A DNA stretch of 32,000 nucleotides from Raphidiopsis brookii D9 (GCA_000175855.1 ACYB01000038.1:30001-62000), one strand, 5' to 3'; counted from the first letter of the stretch, positions 1 to 10,548 are shown. A program made the numbers and translations. The notes: generated from the letters alone by a model not told the origin.

Positions 1-55
1 TTATCTGGACAAATAACTGGTGTTTCCGTACTAAAGTAATAGAAAACTTAAACAG

Positions 56-835
56 GTGATCACCTTGCACTCAACGAGAAACATACAACAATGGTGGATT
101 TTTCGCTGTTTGTCCACAGCATTGCTATTTGGTCAGATTTCCCTGCATATAATTCAAGGAAAAACCTATTATCGGAAAATTCTTGACCATGCACTAAAAG
201 TAGGACCGGGTTCCCTCTCCCCGGTTTTGTTAGTAAGTGGTTTTGCGGGAATGATTTTCACGATTCAAACAGCTAGAGAACTAGTCAGATTTGGTGCAGT
301 CGATAATCTTGGAGGCGCCTTTGCAGTAGCATTCTGTCGAGAACTGGCTCCACTTTTAACCGCTAGTGTTATTGCTGGACAAGCAGGATCAGCATTTGCA
401 GCAGAAATAGGAGCTATGCAGGTAACTGAACAAATTGATGCGCTCTACTTACTCAAAACCGATCCAATTGATTATTTAGTCTTACCCAGAGTGATTGCTT
501 GCGGTTTGATGATGCCAGTAATGATGATTTTTGCACTAATTATTGGTGTCAGTGGTGGAATCTTTGCTGGGTTGGAATTTTATCAGATTCAACCGGAAAA
601 CTTTTTAGAATCAGTGCGAGATTTTTTAACTCCGGGAGACATGATGATGATAATCATCAAAGGTGTGATTTTTGGAATAATAGTTGCTGTGAATGGATGT
701 AGTTGGGGACTAACCACTAGGGGAGGTGCTAAGGAGGTTGGCGAATCCGCAACTACAGCGGTAGTAACCACTTGGGTAGTGCTTTTTATTACAGATTTTT
801 TATTGGCTCTACCAGGGATTACAGTGGGTATTTAG
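56..835 (+). CDS. MlaE/Ycf63-family ABC transporter permease
   Basis: 259-aa ORF with a GTG start, the first start codon after the in-frame stop at 32-34. Polytopic hydrophobic protein with an MlaE-like conserved core (ELVRFGA..GGAFAVAFCRELAPLLTA..VTEQIDAL..DPIDYLVLPRV). Confidence 0.75.
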   Translation: MITLHSTRNIQQWWIFRCLSTALLFGQISLHIIQGKTYYRKILDHALKVGPGSLSPVLLVSGFAGMIFTIQTARELVRFGAVDNLGGAFAVAFCRELAPLLTASVIAGQAGSAFAAEIGAMQVTEQIDALYLLKTDPIDYLVLPRVIACGLMMPVMMIFALIIGVSGGIFAGLEFYQIQPENFLESVRDFLTPGDMMMIIIKGVIFGIIVAVNGCSWGLTTRGGAKEVGESATTAVVTTWVVLFITDFLLALPGITVGI

Positions 836-1017
836 ATTAGATATAGTTAATAGTCCCTTTAACATAAGTTGTCCTGTATTTAAACAGCTTATTCACCAAA
901 AATTCTCCGGTCACTTGGATCAATTTGGCTTTTTGTTTTATTATAACCTTACCATTAACTTCAGTGCATTTACTGTAGAAATAGCCGCTCAAACCAAGGT
1001 AACTTGATACACTAAAA

Positions 1018-2568
1018 ATGAAAATGATTAACACAAGTGTTTTCTTTTTAAAAACATCCTTCTTACTCTGTAGTTTAGTTTGTTTACTCCCCAATTTAGT
1101 CAAAGCTCAAGATGTTCCTAGTCAACAAGACTTACCAAAAGTTAATCCCGATATACAGTTGTTATTAAGTCAACCTAATCAAGACATACCTTTAAAACTA
1201 GTTGATGCGGTTTATCTGGCTTTACAAAATAATCGAGATGTAAAAATAGCCTATCTGCAGCGTATTGTAGATAAGGCGCGGTTATCTGAATCTGAGTCCA
1301 TATTTAGCCCCACTGTGCGACCCCAGCTATCTTTAAATCTGAATGCGAGGGAACCATTAGACTCAAACTCTACAAAAACAGATATAGGGACCGACACAAC
1401 CGCTGGTGTTGGTGCTGGTATCAGTTTGAAACTGCCCACTGGTGCTTCTTTGAATTTAGGATGGAATGGAGCAAATGTATGGGAGGGTAAGTATAGCAAA
1501 GATTCCTCCAGTTATTTATTCGTAAAAGATCCAAATATTCTCCGTCAAGATGTTAGTTTTAGTATTAGTCAACCTTTGTTGAAAAATTTTGGTGTGTATT
1601 TAAATACTTTAAATCTTAGAAGAGCTAGACTGACAGAAAGCACTAATATCTTGAATTTTAGAAATTCTATTGCCCAAACAATTACAAATTCAGTAGTCAC
1701 CTACAGAAATCTCTTGTTAGCACAGGAAAGATTAAAAATTGAGGAGGATTCTTTCGCTAGCGCTAAAGAGGAACTTGAGAAGTCGCAAGTCCTATTTGCA
1801 GAGGGTAAAATTACCAGAAATGATTTGATTCAACGTCAGGCCGATATTGCCCAAAAAGAATTTAACTTAGTTAATGTAAAAACAAATTTAACTGAAGCGA
1901 TTGCTAGCCTAACCAAACTTACAGACCTACCTTTGAAAATGCTAATTGCTATAGAAAAACCTCTTCCCCCAGACAATTTAAATTTGCCAACTTTTGAGGA
2001 AATGATCAAATTGGCTGAGGATAATAATATCAGATATCTTTTTGCTGTTAATGCTGTAGAAAATGCCAAGCTCTCCTTAGCAGAGGCTAAAAATCAGCAA
2101 AGTTTAGACCTTACATTGAATCTGAGTTATGGGTTTAAGAGTTTTTCCTATCAGCGGGACTCAGGTAATTTTTCATCATCTTTGGTGTTAAGTCGTGAGT
2201 TTGGTAATCTTTCTCAAGATAATGCCGTACTCAAAAGTGAAGTGAATTTACAACAAGCTGAATTCTCTTTAACAAATACTAGGGTAGATATTAATGAGCA
2301 GCTAAGGAATAGGATTCGTAATGTTAGGGATAGTTTTACACAAATTCAGTTATCCAAACAGGCAACTAATTTAGCGCAGTTAAGACTGAATAGTGCCAGG
2401 GAAAAAATCAAGTCAGGTGACAATGTTTCCACGACGGATATTATTAATTTTGAAAAAGGTTTAGTTGACGCCAAAAATCAAGAATTGAATGTGACTATAA
2501 GTCATCTGAACAGTATGACTCAACTAGAAGAGTTTTTGGGAATGACGCTAAATAAATGGCTTAAATAG
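1018..2568 (+). CDS. TolC-family outer membrane efflux protein
   Basis: 516-aa ORF with an N-terminal signal peptide (..LLPNLVKA/QD). Length, the LALQNNRDVKIA-type N-terminal motif and long helical segments alternating with beta segments are typical of outer membrane efflux proteins. A hairpin terminator follows. Confidence 0.75.
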   Translation: MKMINTSVFFLKTSFLLCSLVCLLPNLVKAQDVPSQQDLPKVNPDIQLLLSQPNQDIPLKLVDAVYLALQNNRDVKIAYLQRIVDKARLSESESIFSPTVRPQLSLNLNAREPLDSNSTKTDIGTDTTAGVGAGISLKLPTGASLNLGWNGANVWEGKYSKDSSSYLFVKDPNILRQDVSFSISQPLLKNFGVYLNTLNLRRARLTESTNILNFRNSIAQTITNSVVTYRNLLLAQERLKIEEDSFASAKEELEKSQVLFAEGKITRNDLIQRQADIAQKEFNLVNVKTNLTEAIASLTKLTDLPLKMLIAIEKPLPPDNLNLPTFEEMIKLAEDNNIRYLFAVNAVENAKLSLAEAKNQQSLDLTLNLSYGFKSFSYQRDSGNFSSSLVLSREFGNLSQDNAVLKSEVNLQQAEFSLTNTRVDINEQLRNRIRNVRDSFTQIQLSKQATNLAQLRLNSAREKIKSGDNVSTTDIINFEKGLVDAKNQELNVTISHLNSMTQLEEFLGMTLNKWLK

Positions 2569-2626
2569 CAATAAACGGTACTATTTAGCTTTATAGCTGG
2601 ATTTAAATTACAGTGACTAACACCAC

Positions 2627-2670
2627 TGTCCAAAATTGTCTACCCATAGATAATTTTGGACAACTTTTTG
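2627..2670 (+). terminator. Rho-independent terminator downstream of the TolC-like gene
   Basis: Perfect 11-bp inverted repeat: TGTCCAAAATT (2627-2637) and AATTTTGGACA (2652-2662), followed by ACTTTTTGG. Confidence 0.6.
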
Positions 2671-2769
2671 GAGGGGGAATAACGGTCAATGGTTAACAGT
2701 AATGACAAAGAGAATAGTTTAGGGTGGAGAGTGTATGCTGAAAGGAAGAGAAACTAATATGATAAAGCC

Positions 2770-3486
2770 ATGAACAAAAGGGTAGAAATTTTACCGGATC
2801 TGCAAGGTTTGGTAGCACGGGCTCAGGATGCAATATTATCCAGTTTGGCAACTGCTATTCAAGAACGAGGACAATTTACTATTGCTTTGTCTGGTGGTAG
2901 TACACCAAAACCTTTATATGAAGCAATAGGCTCTTTGAATCTAGACTGGGATAAAATTCATGTTTTTTGGGGTGATGAACGTTATGTACCATCCAATCAC
3001 CCTGATAGTAATGAATTAATGGCGCGTATTACCTGGTTAAATAGGGTTCCCATTCCACAGACTAATATTCACGCCATACCTACCTTATCTGGCAATCCAG
3101 TCGCAGATGCTAATAGGTATGAACAGCATCTACAAGAATTTTTCCATTGCTCACGGGGAACCTTTCCTTCCTTGGATGTGGTTCTCCTGGGTATGGGTGA
3201 TGATGCACACACCGCCTCCCTCTTTCCTCATACGGAAGCTCTACAAGTGCGCGATCGCCTGATTACTGTGGGCAATAAGGACGGTAATCCACGTATTACC
3301 TTCACCTATCCCCTAATTAATGCTGCCAGAAGTGTGATCTTTTTAGCTGCTGGTGCTAATAAAAGACCTGCCTTGTCCCAGGTATTTGCTGAAGTAGCGG
3401 ATGATTTTACCTATCCATCTCGCTTGATTAAACCTCAAGGCGAATTATTATGGCTATTAGATGCAGCTGCTGGTTCACAACTCTGA
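2770..3486 (+). CDS. pgl: 6-phosphogluconolactonase
   Basis: 238-aa ORF with the family hallmarks ..FTIALSGGSTPKPLYE.. and ..VFWGDERYVP..DSN.. and ..LLGMGDDAHTASLFP.. Confidence 0.9.
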   Translation: MNKRVEILPDLQGLVARAQDAILSSLATAIQERGQFTIALSGGSTPKPLYEAIGSLNLDWDKIHVFWGDERYVPSNHPDSNELMARITWLNRVPIPQTNIHAIPTLSGNPVADANRYEQHLQEFFHCSRGTFPSLDVVLLGMGDDAHTASLFPHTEALQVRDRLITVGNKDGNPRITFTYPLINAARSVIFLAAGANKRPALSQVFAEVADDFTYPSRLIKPQGELLWLLDAAAGSQL

Positions 3487-3532
3487 TTCCCTATCTTAAC
3501 TATTGTCTTTACAGTGACAAAGGCTTAAATTT

Positions 3533-4165
3533 ATGATCATTTGTCCAAACTGCAATCATCCTAATCCAGACGCTGCTGTTCAGTGTGAAGCTTGCTACAC
3601 ACCATTGCCAAATACCATTACCTGTCCAAGTTGTGGCGCTAATGTACAGGCTGATGCTGCTTTTTGCGGTCAATGTGGTTATAACTTGGTATCCACCCCC
3701 ATAGAGGTACCACCTTTAGTTACTCCTGATCCCTTAGAAATCAGTACCCAGTCCCCTTGCAGTGTGCCACCTACCTTAGTGAGCACAGCACCAGATCCCG
3801 GACCACCGGTAAAAGTATTAAAGACTCAATTACAACAGGTGGTAGGGCGATTATTTCACCTCCAGGGTAACCAGGAAGTTGAATTACCTCAAAATCTATC
3901 TGTAATTCATATTGGTAAGCCCAATGATCGGATCCCCCCAGATATTGATGTGGCTGGATTTTCCAACTCAGAAATCGTTTCCCGAATTCACGCCGATATT
4001 CGGGTTGAGGGAGATGCTTATTATATAGAAGATGTAGGTAGTTCCAATGGCACTTATATTAATAATTTGCCATTGTTACCAGGAAATCGACACCGTCTTC
4101 GTCCAGGCGATCGCATTAGTTTAGGTAAAGGAGATTTAGTAACCTTCTTATTTCAACTCTCGTAA
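3533..4165 (+). CDS. Double zinc-ribbon / FHA domain protein
   Basis: The N-terminus has four CxxC pairs (CPNC..CEAC..CPSC..CGQC), then a Pro-rich linker. The C-terminal FHA signature is ..IGK..D..IDV..VSRIHADI..YYIEDVGSSNGTYINN..L..GDRISLG. Confidence 0.85.
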   Translation: MIICPNCNHPNPDAAVQCEACYTPLPNTITCPSCGANVQADAAFCGQCGYNLVSTPIEVPPLVTPDPLEISTQSPCSVPPTLVSTAPDPGPPVKVLKTQLQQVVGRLFHLQGNQEVELPQNLSVIHIGKPNDRIPPDIDVAGFSNSEIVSRIHADIRVEGDAYYIEDVGSSNGTYINNLPLLPGNRHRLRPGDRISLGKGDLVTFLFQLS

Positions 4166-4319
4166 AATAGAGAAAAGTTTAGGCTATGGTCGATCTGTTT
4201 TTGATTGATTTATAGCCCAGCTGTAAGGTAGGCGAGCCCGTCTCCACAAAACAGCAAGCAATTGACGTTGTTTGACCTTGTTTAACTACGTTATTTGTGT
4301 ATCCCTTGGATAATTTCCG

Positions 4320-5057
4320 ATGAAAGAACTAAAGAACTTGTCAACTTTCCTCCAATCTTCAAACATCGATCCCACAGGTTTAAGCTGGTTATTGGGAGCA
4401 GCAGTCACCACTGCTATTTTGTGGCAATTACCAATGGGAGACTATATTTTATATCCCTTCACCATACTAGCAACCTGGTTTCATGAAATCACTCATGGGT
4501 TGATGTCAATTATTTTAGGAGGCAATTTTCGTGAGTTACAAATTTTTAGCAATGGCTCTGGAGTAGCGATTTACACCATACCCTCATCTTTTATTCCTCT
4601 TGTTCCCGCTCTGATTGCAGCTGCAGGTCCCATGGGTCCACCTATAGCTGGTGCAGGGTTAATCATGTCTTCTCGCAGCTTTAACGGTGCATCATTTAGC
4701 CTAAAAATTTTAGGTGTTGCTCTGTTGTTTTCTAGTTTAGTTTGGGTACGCTCATGGTTTGGTTTGATCACAGTACCACTGTTGGGACTGGTGGTTTTGT
4801 GGATCTCATTAGTAACTAGCAAATGGGTACAGATTTTTACCGTCAAATTCTTGGGCATGCAGGCCTGTATAAGTACGTATCATCAATTGGACTATTTGTT
4901 TAGTTATAATGCTGGGTCTTTAGGAATTTCGGATACGGGACAAATGCAAAAATATTTGCTTTTACCCTATTGGTTCTGGGGTGGTTTAATAGCAGTAGCT
5001 TCCTTTGCTATCATGGCACAAAGTTTAATAATTACCTACCGGAAGAAAAACCATTGA
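4320..5057 (+). CDS. M50B-type integral membrane metallopeptidase (putative)
   Basis: 245-aa polytopic membrane protein with an HExxH motif inside a predicted TM helix (WFHEITHGLMSIILGG), as in the Peptidase_M50B family. Confidence 0.6.
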   Translation: MKELKNLSTFLQSSNIDPTGLSWLLGAAVTTAILWQLPMGDYILYPFTILATWFHEITHGLMSIILGGNFRELQIFSNGSGVAIYTIPSSFIPLVPALIAAAGPMGPPIAGAGLIMSSRSFNGASFSLKILGVALLFSSLVWVRSWFGLITVPLLGLVVLWISLVTSKWVQIFTVKFLGMQACISTYHQLDYLFSYNAGSLGISDTGQMQKYLLLPYWFWGGLIAVASFAIMAQSLIITYRKKNH

Positions 5058-5072
5058 CCTTAATTGATAAAA

Positions 5073-8000
5073 TCAGTTAACCGAAACCAAGGGGCCCAGT
5101 TGCAGAAATTTATCTTGAGCTGATCTAGTTTTGAGATGATAGAGTTGCCAATGATCCCGTTGTTGCCAAATGGCAAATATTTCCTCTCTTCCATCCTTGA
5201 GCATGTCAAAATTAATTTGATAAACCTGATTTATTCGACGTAATTTTAAACCCAATAAACCCAGCAACAGATTGAGTATTTTAATTCCAGAAATAGATTG
5301 TGGTTTTTTAGAAATATCCACACCCAAAGCACGGTTGATATGTTGACTACTCTGAATTGCCACATTTTTCAGCCAAATAATATCATTATCATTTTCTTCG
5401 AATACCCTATCTTGTGATAAAAACTGACACATTCCCAAAGCTCGCAAGGCTTCCACCTTGAGAGTATAGGTTTTTAAATCCGGTAGAAAAACCTTTCCTT
5501 CGCCCCAAAATAACTGTTGTTTCCATTCCTGTTGATCTTTGATGTGAAAATAGTGACTTTCATGAGTCAAATAATAGTGAGTCAATAATTGGGAATAATA
5601 TCCCTGATCATCTCGCATTTTCAACCAAGTGGTCACAGGTACTCCATATCTTGTGTAGAGAATATATTTATGAATTGCATAGCGTTGTTCATCGGTGAGA
5701 GAATGTTTAGTTAGTAGTTGTTGATATTGAACATAGTCAATATTTTTAGCCCCCACCACAGCTTGGGCAATCATCAATTGATTGTGCTCCTTAATTTCTT
5801 TGATATTGCGTTTAATATGCTGAGACTGTTGACGAGTTTGTTCCCAATCCTTTTGAACTTGAACAATTTCTAAAATCAATCTAGTTCGGGTGGCTAGATC
5901 ATTCACAGGAGTTTTTAAAAACGCCGAGCGCAACCCACGAATAATACTATTATAGTCTGTATTATTCCCTATGGTGACTTTGTGACCTTCAGCAATTAAT
6001 CCCTCTTGTAAAGATTGTCGATAAAAGGTAATGGAACTATTGACCCTAGCAGATAGTTTTGCCCAAGTACGTAAATGAATAGGATCATAAACTGCGGGTA
6101 AATCAACATCTATTTTATGTAAAGGACTCAATAAAGCCAAATTTTCTTTTTGATTTTCTTGGTACCAATCAGATAGTAGCTGGTAATTGGTACTACCACT
6201 ACCAATCAAACCTATACCGCGTTTAGCACACCAAACAAAACGGGGAACTGAATCACGCACCCTAGCTAGTGCTTGACGTGCTTCCGAGTCCGGAATGACC
6301 CCCTGAAAAATACCGTAAACTCGGTCAAAATGTTGGACATCAATACTAATTCCCGTTCCTAAACTAGGAGTGACAAATACCATATCATAATCAGTGATTT
6401 TTTCATTGATAGCACTCAGACATTCTATAGCTGGATGTGCGGGTGTATTGGTAGTTTGACTACTCACCACTAAACTATGGGGAAATTGCCTTTTTAACTT
6501 ATACAAGCGATTCTGGAGATAGTCTTCGATGGTTTCACAACTGTAACGTCCTGTGCGACTATCGGTTGTTACATAGCACTTCTTACCTGTGATTAAGTCT
6601 AGCTCCAGTTGATGGATTAAAGGTGTTGGGTTAGGTGAATCATAAAAAGTCACATCCCACCCACGTTTGGGTTTCCACTTATTCACAAGTACCCAAGGAG
6701 TGATTTTGTCTCCTGCTAATCCCTGAAGGTATTCCAGAGAAACATCTGATAAGTCAGCATCTTGAGCAATGACTAAACCCCCGTTTTCACTACCGTGGCT
6801 ATTAATTGTTGGAAAACGCTGAGTATCTTTATCCTCTTGTTTTTACATGTGTTACTATTGAGGAGATGCCATAAAGACTGTTCAACTTCATCTAAGATGA
6901 CTATAGCTCCTTGCCAATCTTGGGGATTGAGCTTCCACAAGGAATCAACACACAACCCAAAGGATTTGATAGGTGAGCAGCTAGATGGTGGTGACTGGTT
7001 TTCAGGGTGGATTCCCCACCTAATACCAATTTTTCACAGAGGAATTTTCCCAAAAGGATGCGATGGGTGATTAATAATATTGGTTGACAACGATTTTTAG
7101 CTTCCTCAACCACTGCTTGTAGTCTGGTGGTTTTACCTGTTCCCTTAGCGGATTTGACTCCCACTAAACCATTGGAGGGTAAACATATTCTATCTAAATA
7201 GCTTTGGTTGATGGTAACACTGGGAGTAACTGTCAGATCTATATGGGGTTTAGTTTGGGCAATATAGACCTCTAGATCCATACTTTGATGATAAATTTGC
7301 TCAAACTCTTTTGCTCCCTTAGCAGTGATAAAATCATCCACACCTTTCTCTTTACCAGGAAGTTTGATGACTTTAACAGAGCAATTTTTCCGCTTAAGTA
7401 AATAGCCTAATTTAGAAATGGCATTATTAATCGCACTAACCTTCCGTGGCTGATTCTCAAAATCAAAACATATATAAAAACTCGGTTGTCTATTAGCGAA
7501 AACTTCCAGATCGGGAATGAGACAACGACGGGTAACTTTACCAAATTCATTTTTGATTACCCGATAACCACTGGTAATTCCAGGTATGCCAATTGCCACA
7601 TATCCTTGTGTTAATAAAGCTGCAGCTTTTTTAACACCTTCACAAATAATAATTGGTATGTTGGATTCTATTACCCATGGCCAAAAGCCCTGGGCTTCCC
7701 CGTCATCATTAATGGTAATGTCTTTTGGCATAGTAACATGATAACGTTGGGAAATTTGATGCCAAATTTCTTCAGTTACCCGCAAACAAAATACTCGCGT
7801 TGCTGTGCTGGGGGGATGTTCATATTTAATGGACTTGCCATTTTTGTTTCTTCGCGGTTGGGTGGGTTTAAAACATCCCCATTCCATTTTTTGCCAATTA
7901 TTTAGCGGGTCTACACCAGAACACCACCAACCACCAGCTGTAATGTGTTCATATCTCTCCAACCACCCGCTTTTAATTATCCCCATATTAGTGCGCGGTA

Positions 8001-8139
8001 AATTATTAGAGATTAATATATGTTGATAAGCATTCACACCCTGAAGGGAATGAAAATTTAATATTGCTAGGTGTAAATTTACACTACTACCATGTACTAG
8101 TTCTTCCAGGTGTTGGGAGTGCAAGTGATCTATAAACAT
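5073..8139 (-). pseudogene. CyRepA1-like plasmid-type replication protein (DUF3854/Toprim-like + P-loop NTPase), interrupted by two frameshifts
   Basis: Three consecutive minus-strand pieces (8139-6901, 6955-6773, ~6780-5073) read as one ~1020-aa protein. It has an N-terminal DUF3854/Toprim-like region (PIIICEGVKKAAALL..GVDDF), Walker A (AKGTGKTT) and Walker B (IVILDEVEQ). One frame change maps to the T5 run at 7030-7034; one extra base gives ..LCEKIGIRWGIHPENQ..SFGLCVDSLWKL. The other maps to the C5 run at 6778-6782; one extra base gives ..VVKTGGLVIAQDADLSDV... The likely ATG is at 8139 (MFIDHLHSQHLEEL..). Confidence 0.75.
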
Positions 8140-8411
8140 GGGCAGATATACTATAAAGAACAGATTAAGGAACAATCAAGGAAATAAAACCTTAGCATGC
8201 ATCCTCTGATTCTACATCGAAAAATTACTGCCATTTTGGCAACTTTTTTCGTGCTTTTTTTTACGTTGTTTATGGAGACACCTGGGTTAATACAACAATC
8301 CTCTATTTTTCCGTCTGAATAGTGTAAATGGTATTTTTGTATTGTGATTTAGGTGCATGATTAATTTTTGTTTTTCAGTATATTTTTGTTTAGTTTATTT
8401 GCACTACATTT

Positions 8412-8443
8412 CTGGGGAAATTTATCCGAACCCATTTCCCCAG
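8412..8443 (-). terminator. Stem-loop just downstream of the DUF1611 gene (no U-tract)
   Basis: Perfect 10-bp inverted repeat, CTGGGGAAAT (8412-8421) and ATTTCCCCAG (8434-8443), 11 nt past the stop at 8454. There is no T-run on either strand, so terminator function is uncertain. Confidence 0.3.
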
Positions 8444-8453
8444 CTTGATGTCC

Positions 8454-9512
8454 CTACTCCTGATAATTGTTATTTATGATGGCATCTAATAGTATTCCCC
8501 CACCAAAGCGTATAGGATCTGTACAAGGTAAGCCAGTTTCAGATGCAGTTTGGGCGATCGCCTCTTCAGCAGCAACTTCATTCAGATCTTTCGTATTCAG
8601 AGCGATCGCCACCACAGGTACTCTAGCAAAAGCGCCAGCAGCACTAGCTACCATTTCATACATTTTAATTACATCCATGAGAGGAGGAATAGGAACATGA
8701 GGATTATTATGGTTATGAGTTTGTCCTGCACGATGGACTAGAATCAGATGGGTAGGTTGGGAACCACGAATCAAAGGCAAAGTTGCTGTTGAACCGGGGT
8801 GTAATAAGGAACCCTGACCTTCAATTTGAAGGATGTCATAGTATTGACCAAAACGCATGACCAACTGCTCCACAGCGCCAGCGGCAAAATCCACTCGGAC
8901 TGCATCCAGTGCTACTCCATCCCCTTCCAACATCAAACCAGTTTGACCAGTAGCTATAAATTTAGAACGAAGTCCCAGCAATTTTGCTGAATGATGTAAT
9001 TCCAGACTAGTAGACATTTTACCAATAGACATATCCGTACCCACTGTTAGTACACGACGACAGGGGAGGTTACATGCTAAACCAGAAGCAATTTGCAAAT
9101 TAGGTGGTTCCTTGCGCACATCCCAAATAGTCTTTCCTGGTTGTATGAGGGAGATTAAATCTGGTATGTTTGCTAGGGGTGTATGTAGCCCATTGACAAC
9201 AGACATTCCCGACTTCAATGCTTCCTTAATCTCACTCCAGTAATGATCAGGAAGAATGCCACCCTTTGGTGCAATACCAATAACTAAAACTTCTGGTTGA
9301 TAGGGTAAGGCTGCACTTACAGATGCCACAATTGGCACGCTTCTTTTAATTCCTGTTAACTCTAATATAGACTGACCTGGACATTCTCTATCTATAACTG
9401 CAACAATAGGTGAGCCACTATAGCGCAAAATGGAAAGACCTGTTTTACCATGGGATTTTGTTAGACCTTCATGTAAGAGAATAGCTATTTTTTGATTAAG
9501 TGGTAAGCGCAC
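8454..9512 (-). CDS. DUF1611-family protein (DgcN-like, putative D-glutamate N-acetyltransferase)
   Basis: 352-aa ORF. Overall sequence pattern (..LLHEGL..GKTGLS..LVIGIAP.GG..VVNGLH..) and the conserved pairing with an enolase-superfamily epimerase gene are typical of DUF1611. It overlaps the upstream epimerase gene by 17 nt. Confidence 0.7.
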   Translation of the reverse strand: MRLPLNQKIAILLHEGLTKSHGKTGLSILRYSGSPIVAVIDRECPGQSILELTGIKRSVPIVASVSAALPYQPEVLVIGIAPKGGILPDHYWSEIKEALKSGMSVVNGLHTPLANIPDLISLIQPGKTIWDVRKEPPNLQIASGLACNLPCRRVLTVGTDMSIGKMSTSLELHHSAKLLGLRSKFIATGQTGLMLEGDGVALDAVRVDFAAGAVEQLVMRFGQYYDILQIEGQGSLLHPGSTATLPLIRGSQPTHLILVHRAGQTHNHNNPHVPIPPLMDVIKMYEMVASAAGAFARVPVVAIALNTKDLNEVAAEEAIAQTASETGLPCTDPIRFGGGILLDAIINNNYQE

Positions 9513-10548
9513 TATATTGTACTCCTAAACCTGGTAAACTATTAGGTATAATTCGTCCTTCTGTGACGGATGCACCAACAAAAGGATCATTGATTAAATT
9601 TAAATGACTGTCTAGGTCCAAATAGTCTGCTAATGGTGCTATGTGAGAAGCTGCGGTATTAGCTAGGGAACTATCGGAATAGCAGCCAAACATTACTTGT
9701 AAGTTATGTGCTTTAGCAGTATTTAGCATTCTCCAAGCCTCCCTTAACCCTCCTGATTTCATCAGTTTAATATTAATTCCATCCACATAATCAGCCAACG
9801 GGGGAATATCAGTGCTAGTGAAGCAACTTTCATCAACAAAAATGGGCAGCGGTGATTGTTTTTTCAAAGATGCTAATTTCTCCTCCTCACCTTTAGGTAA
9901 TGGTTGTTCGAGATATTTAACCCCTAAATCGGCCAGCCAATGGGACATAGCAATTGCATCTGCTAAACTCCAACCCCCATTCGCATCCACAAATAAATCC
10001 ACTTTAGGTGCAGCGTCTTTAACTGCCAATATCATTTTTTTATCCGCATCTATTCCCTCCTTTGCTCCTAACTTAACTTTTAGTAGTTGCACATCCATAT
10101 AATCCAACCATTCCCTCGCTCTAGTTGCAGCACCCTGTGGTGAGTTAATACCAATAGTAACAGAAGTTGGTACTATGGTATTTATATTAAGTCCCCAAAG
10201 TTGCCACAATGGTAAACCCACATTCTTACCCATCCAGTCGTGTAGTGCCATATCTATAGCAGTCTTAGCCGCAGAGGGAATTTGATGTTGTGTTAAAATA
10301 TTACTAATATCATCCCGCTGCCAAGGACTATAGGATTCTAGCACAGCAGACATTTCTTGCAAAGACTGGAAAATTACATCAGTGGTTTCTCGGTAACTTC
10401 CTACACTAAATGGAGATGCTTCTCCCCATCCTTCAATACCGCCTTCCATGATCTTAACCCAGATGTTTGTGGTTTGTGCGGTTGTTCCCCTACTAATTGT
10501 TAGGGCAAACCTCTTATTTACAGTAAAGGTGCTAAATTGTAGTTTCAT
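9496..10548 (-). CDS. Enolase-superfamily dipeptide epimerase / N-acyl amino acid racemase-like protein
   Basis: 350-aa ORF with MR/MLE-subgroup catalytic and metal-ligand motifs: LKVKLG (KxK), VDANGGW, YLEQPL, FVDESC. Confidence 0.8.
   Translation of the reverse strand: MKLQFSTFTVNKRFALTISRGTTAQTTNIWVKIMEGGIEGWGEASPFSVGSYRETTDVIFQSLQEMSAVLESYSPWQRDDISNILTQHQIPSAAKTAIDMALHDWMGKNVGLPLWQLWGLNINTIVPTSVTIGINSPQGAATRAREWLDYMDVQLLKVKLGAKEGIDADKKMILAVKDAAPKVDLFVDANGGWSLADAIAMSHWLADLGVKYLEQPLPKGEEEKLASLKKQSPLPIFVDESCFTSTDIPPLADYVDGINIKLMKSGGLREAWRMLNTAKAHNLQVMFGCYSDSSLANTAASHIAPLADYLDLDSHLNLINDPFVGASVTEGRIIPNSLPGLGVQYSALTT

Noticed and set aside
499-771. Two short ORFs (67 aa on the plus strand, 60 aa on the minus strand) inside the MlaE-like gene
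   Set aside because: They are alternative-frame or antisense ORFs fully contained in a well-supported CDS.
837-1103. 88-aa minus-strand ORF between the MlaE-like and TolC-like genes
   Set aside because: It overlaps the TolC-like start and signal peptide by 86 nt on the opposite strand. It is Lys-rich low-complexity sequence typical of an antisense shadow in AT-rich DNA, and has no recognisable features.
4295-4486. 63-aa plus-strand ORF overlapping the start of the M50B-like gene
   Set aside because: It is in a different frame from a longer membrane-protein ORF that has an HExxH motif. Its own sequence has no features.
6795-8026. Plus-strand ORFs 6795-7070 and 7805-8026
   Set aside because: They are antisense to the Rep-like gene pieces, whose reading frames carry clear Toprim-like and Walker motifs.
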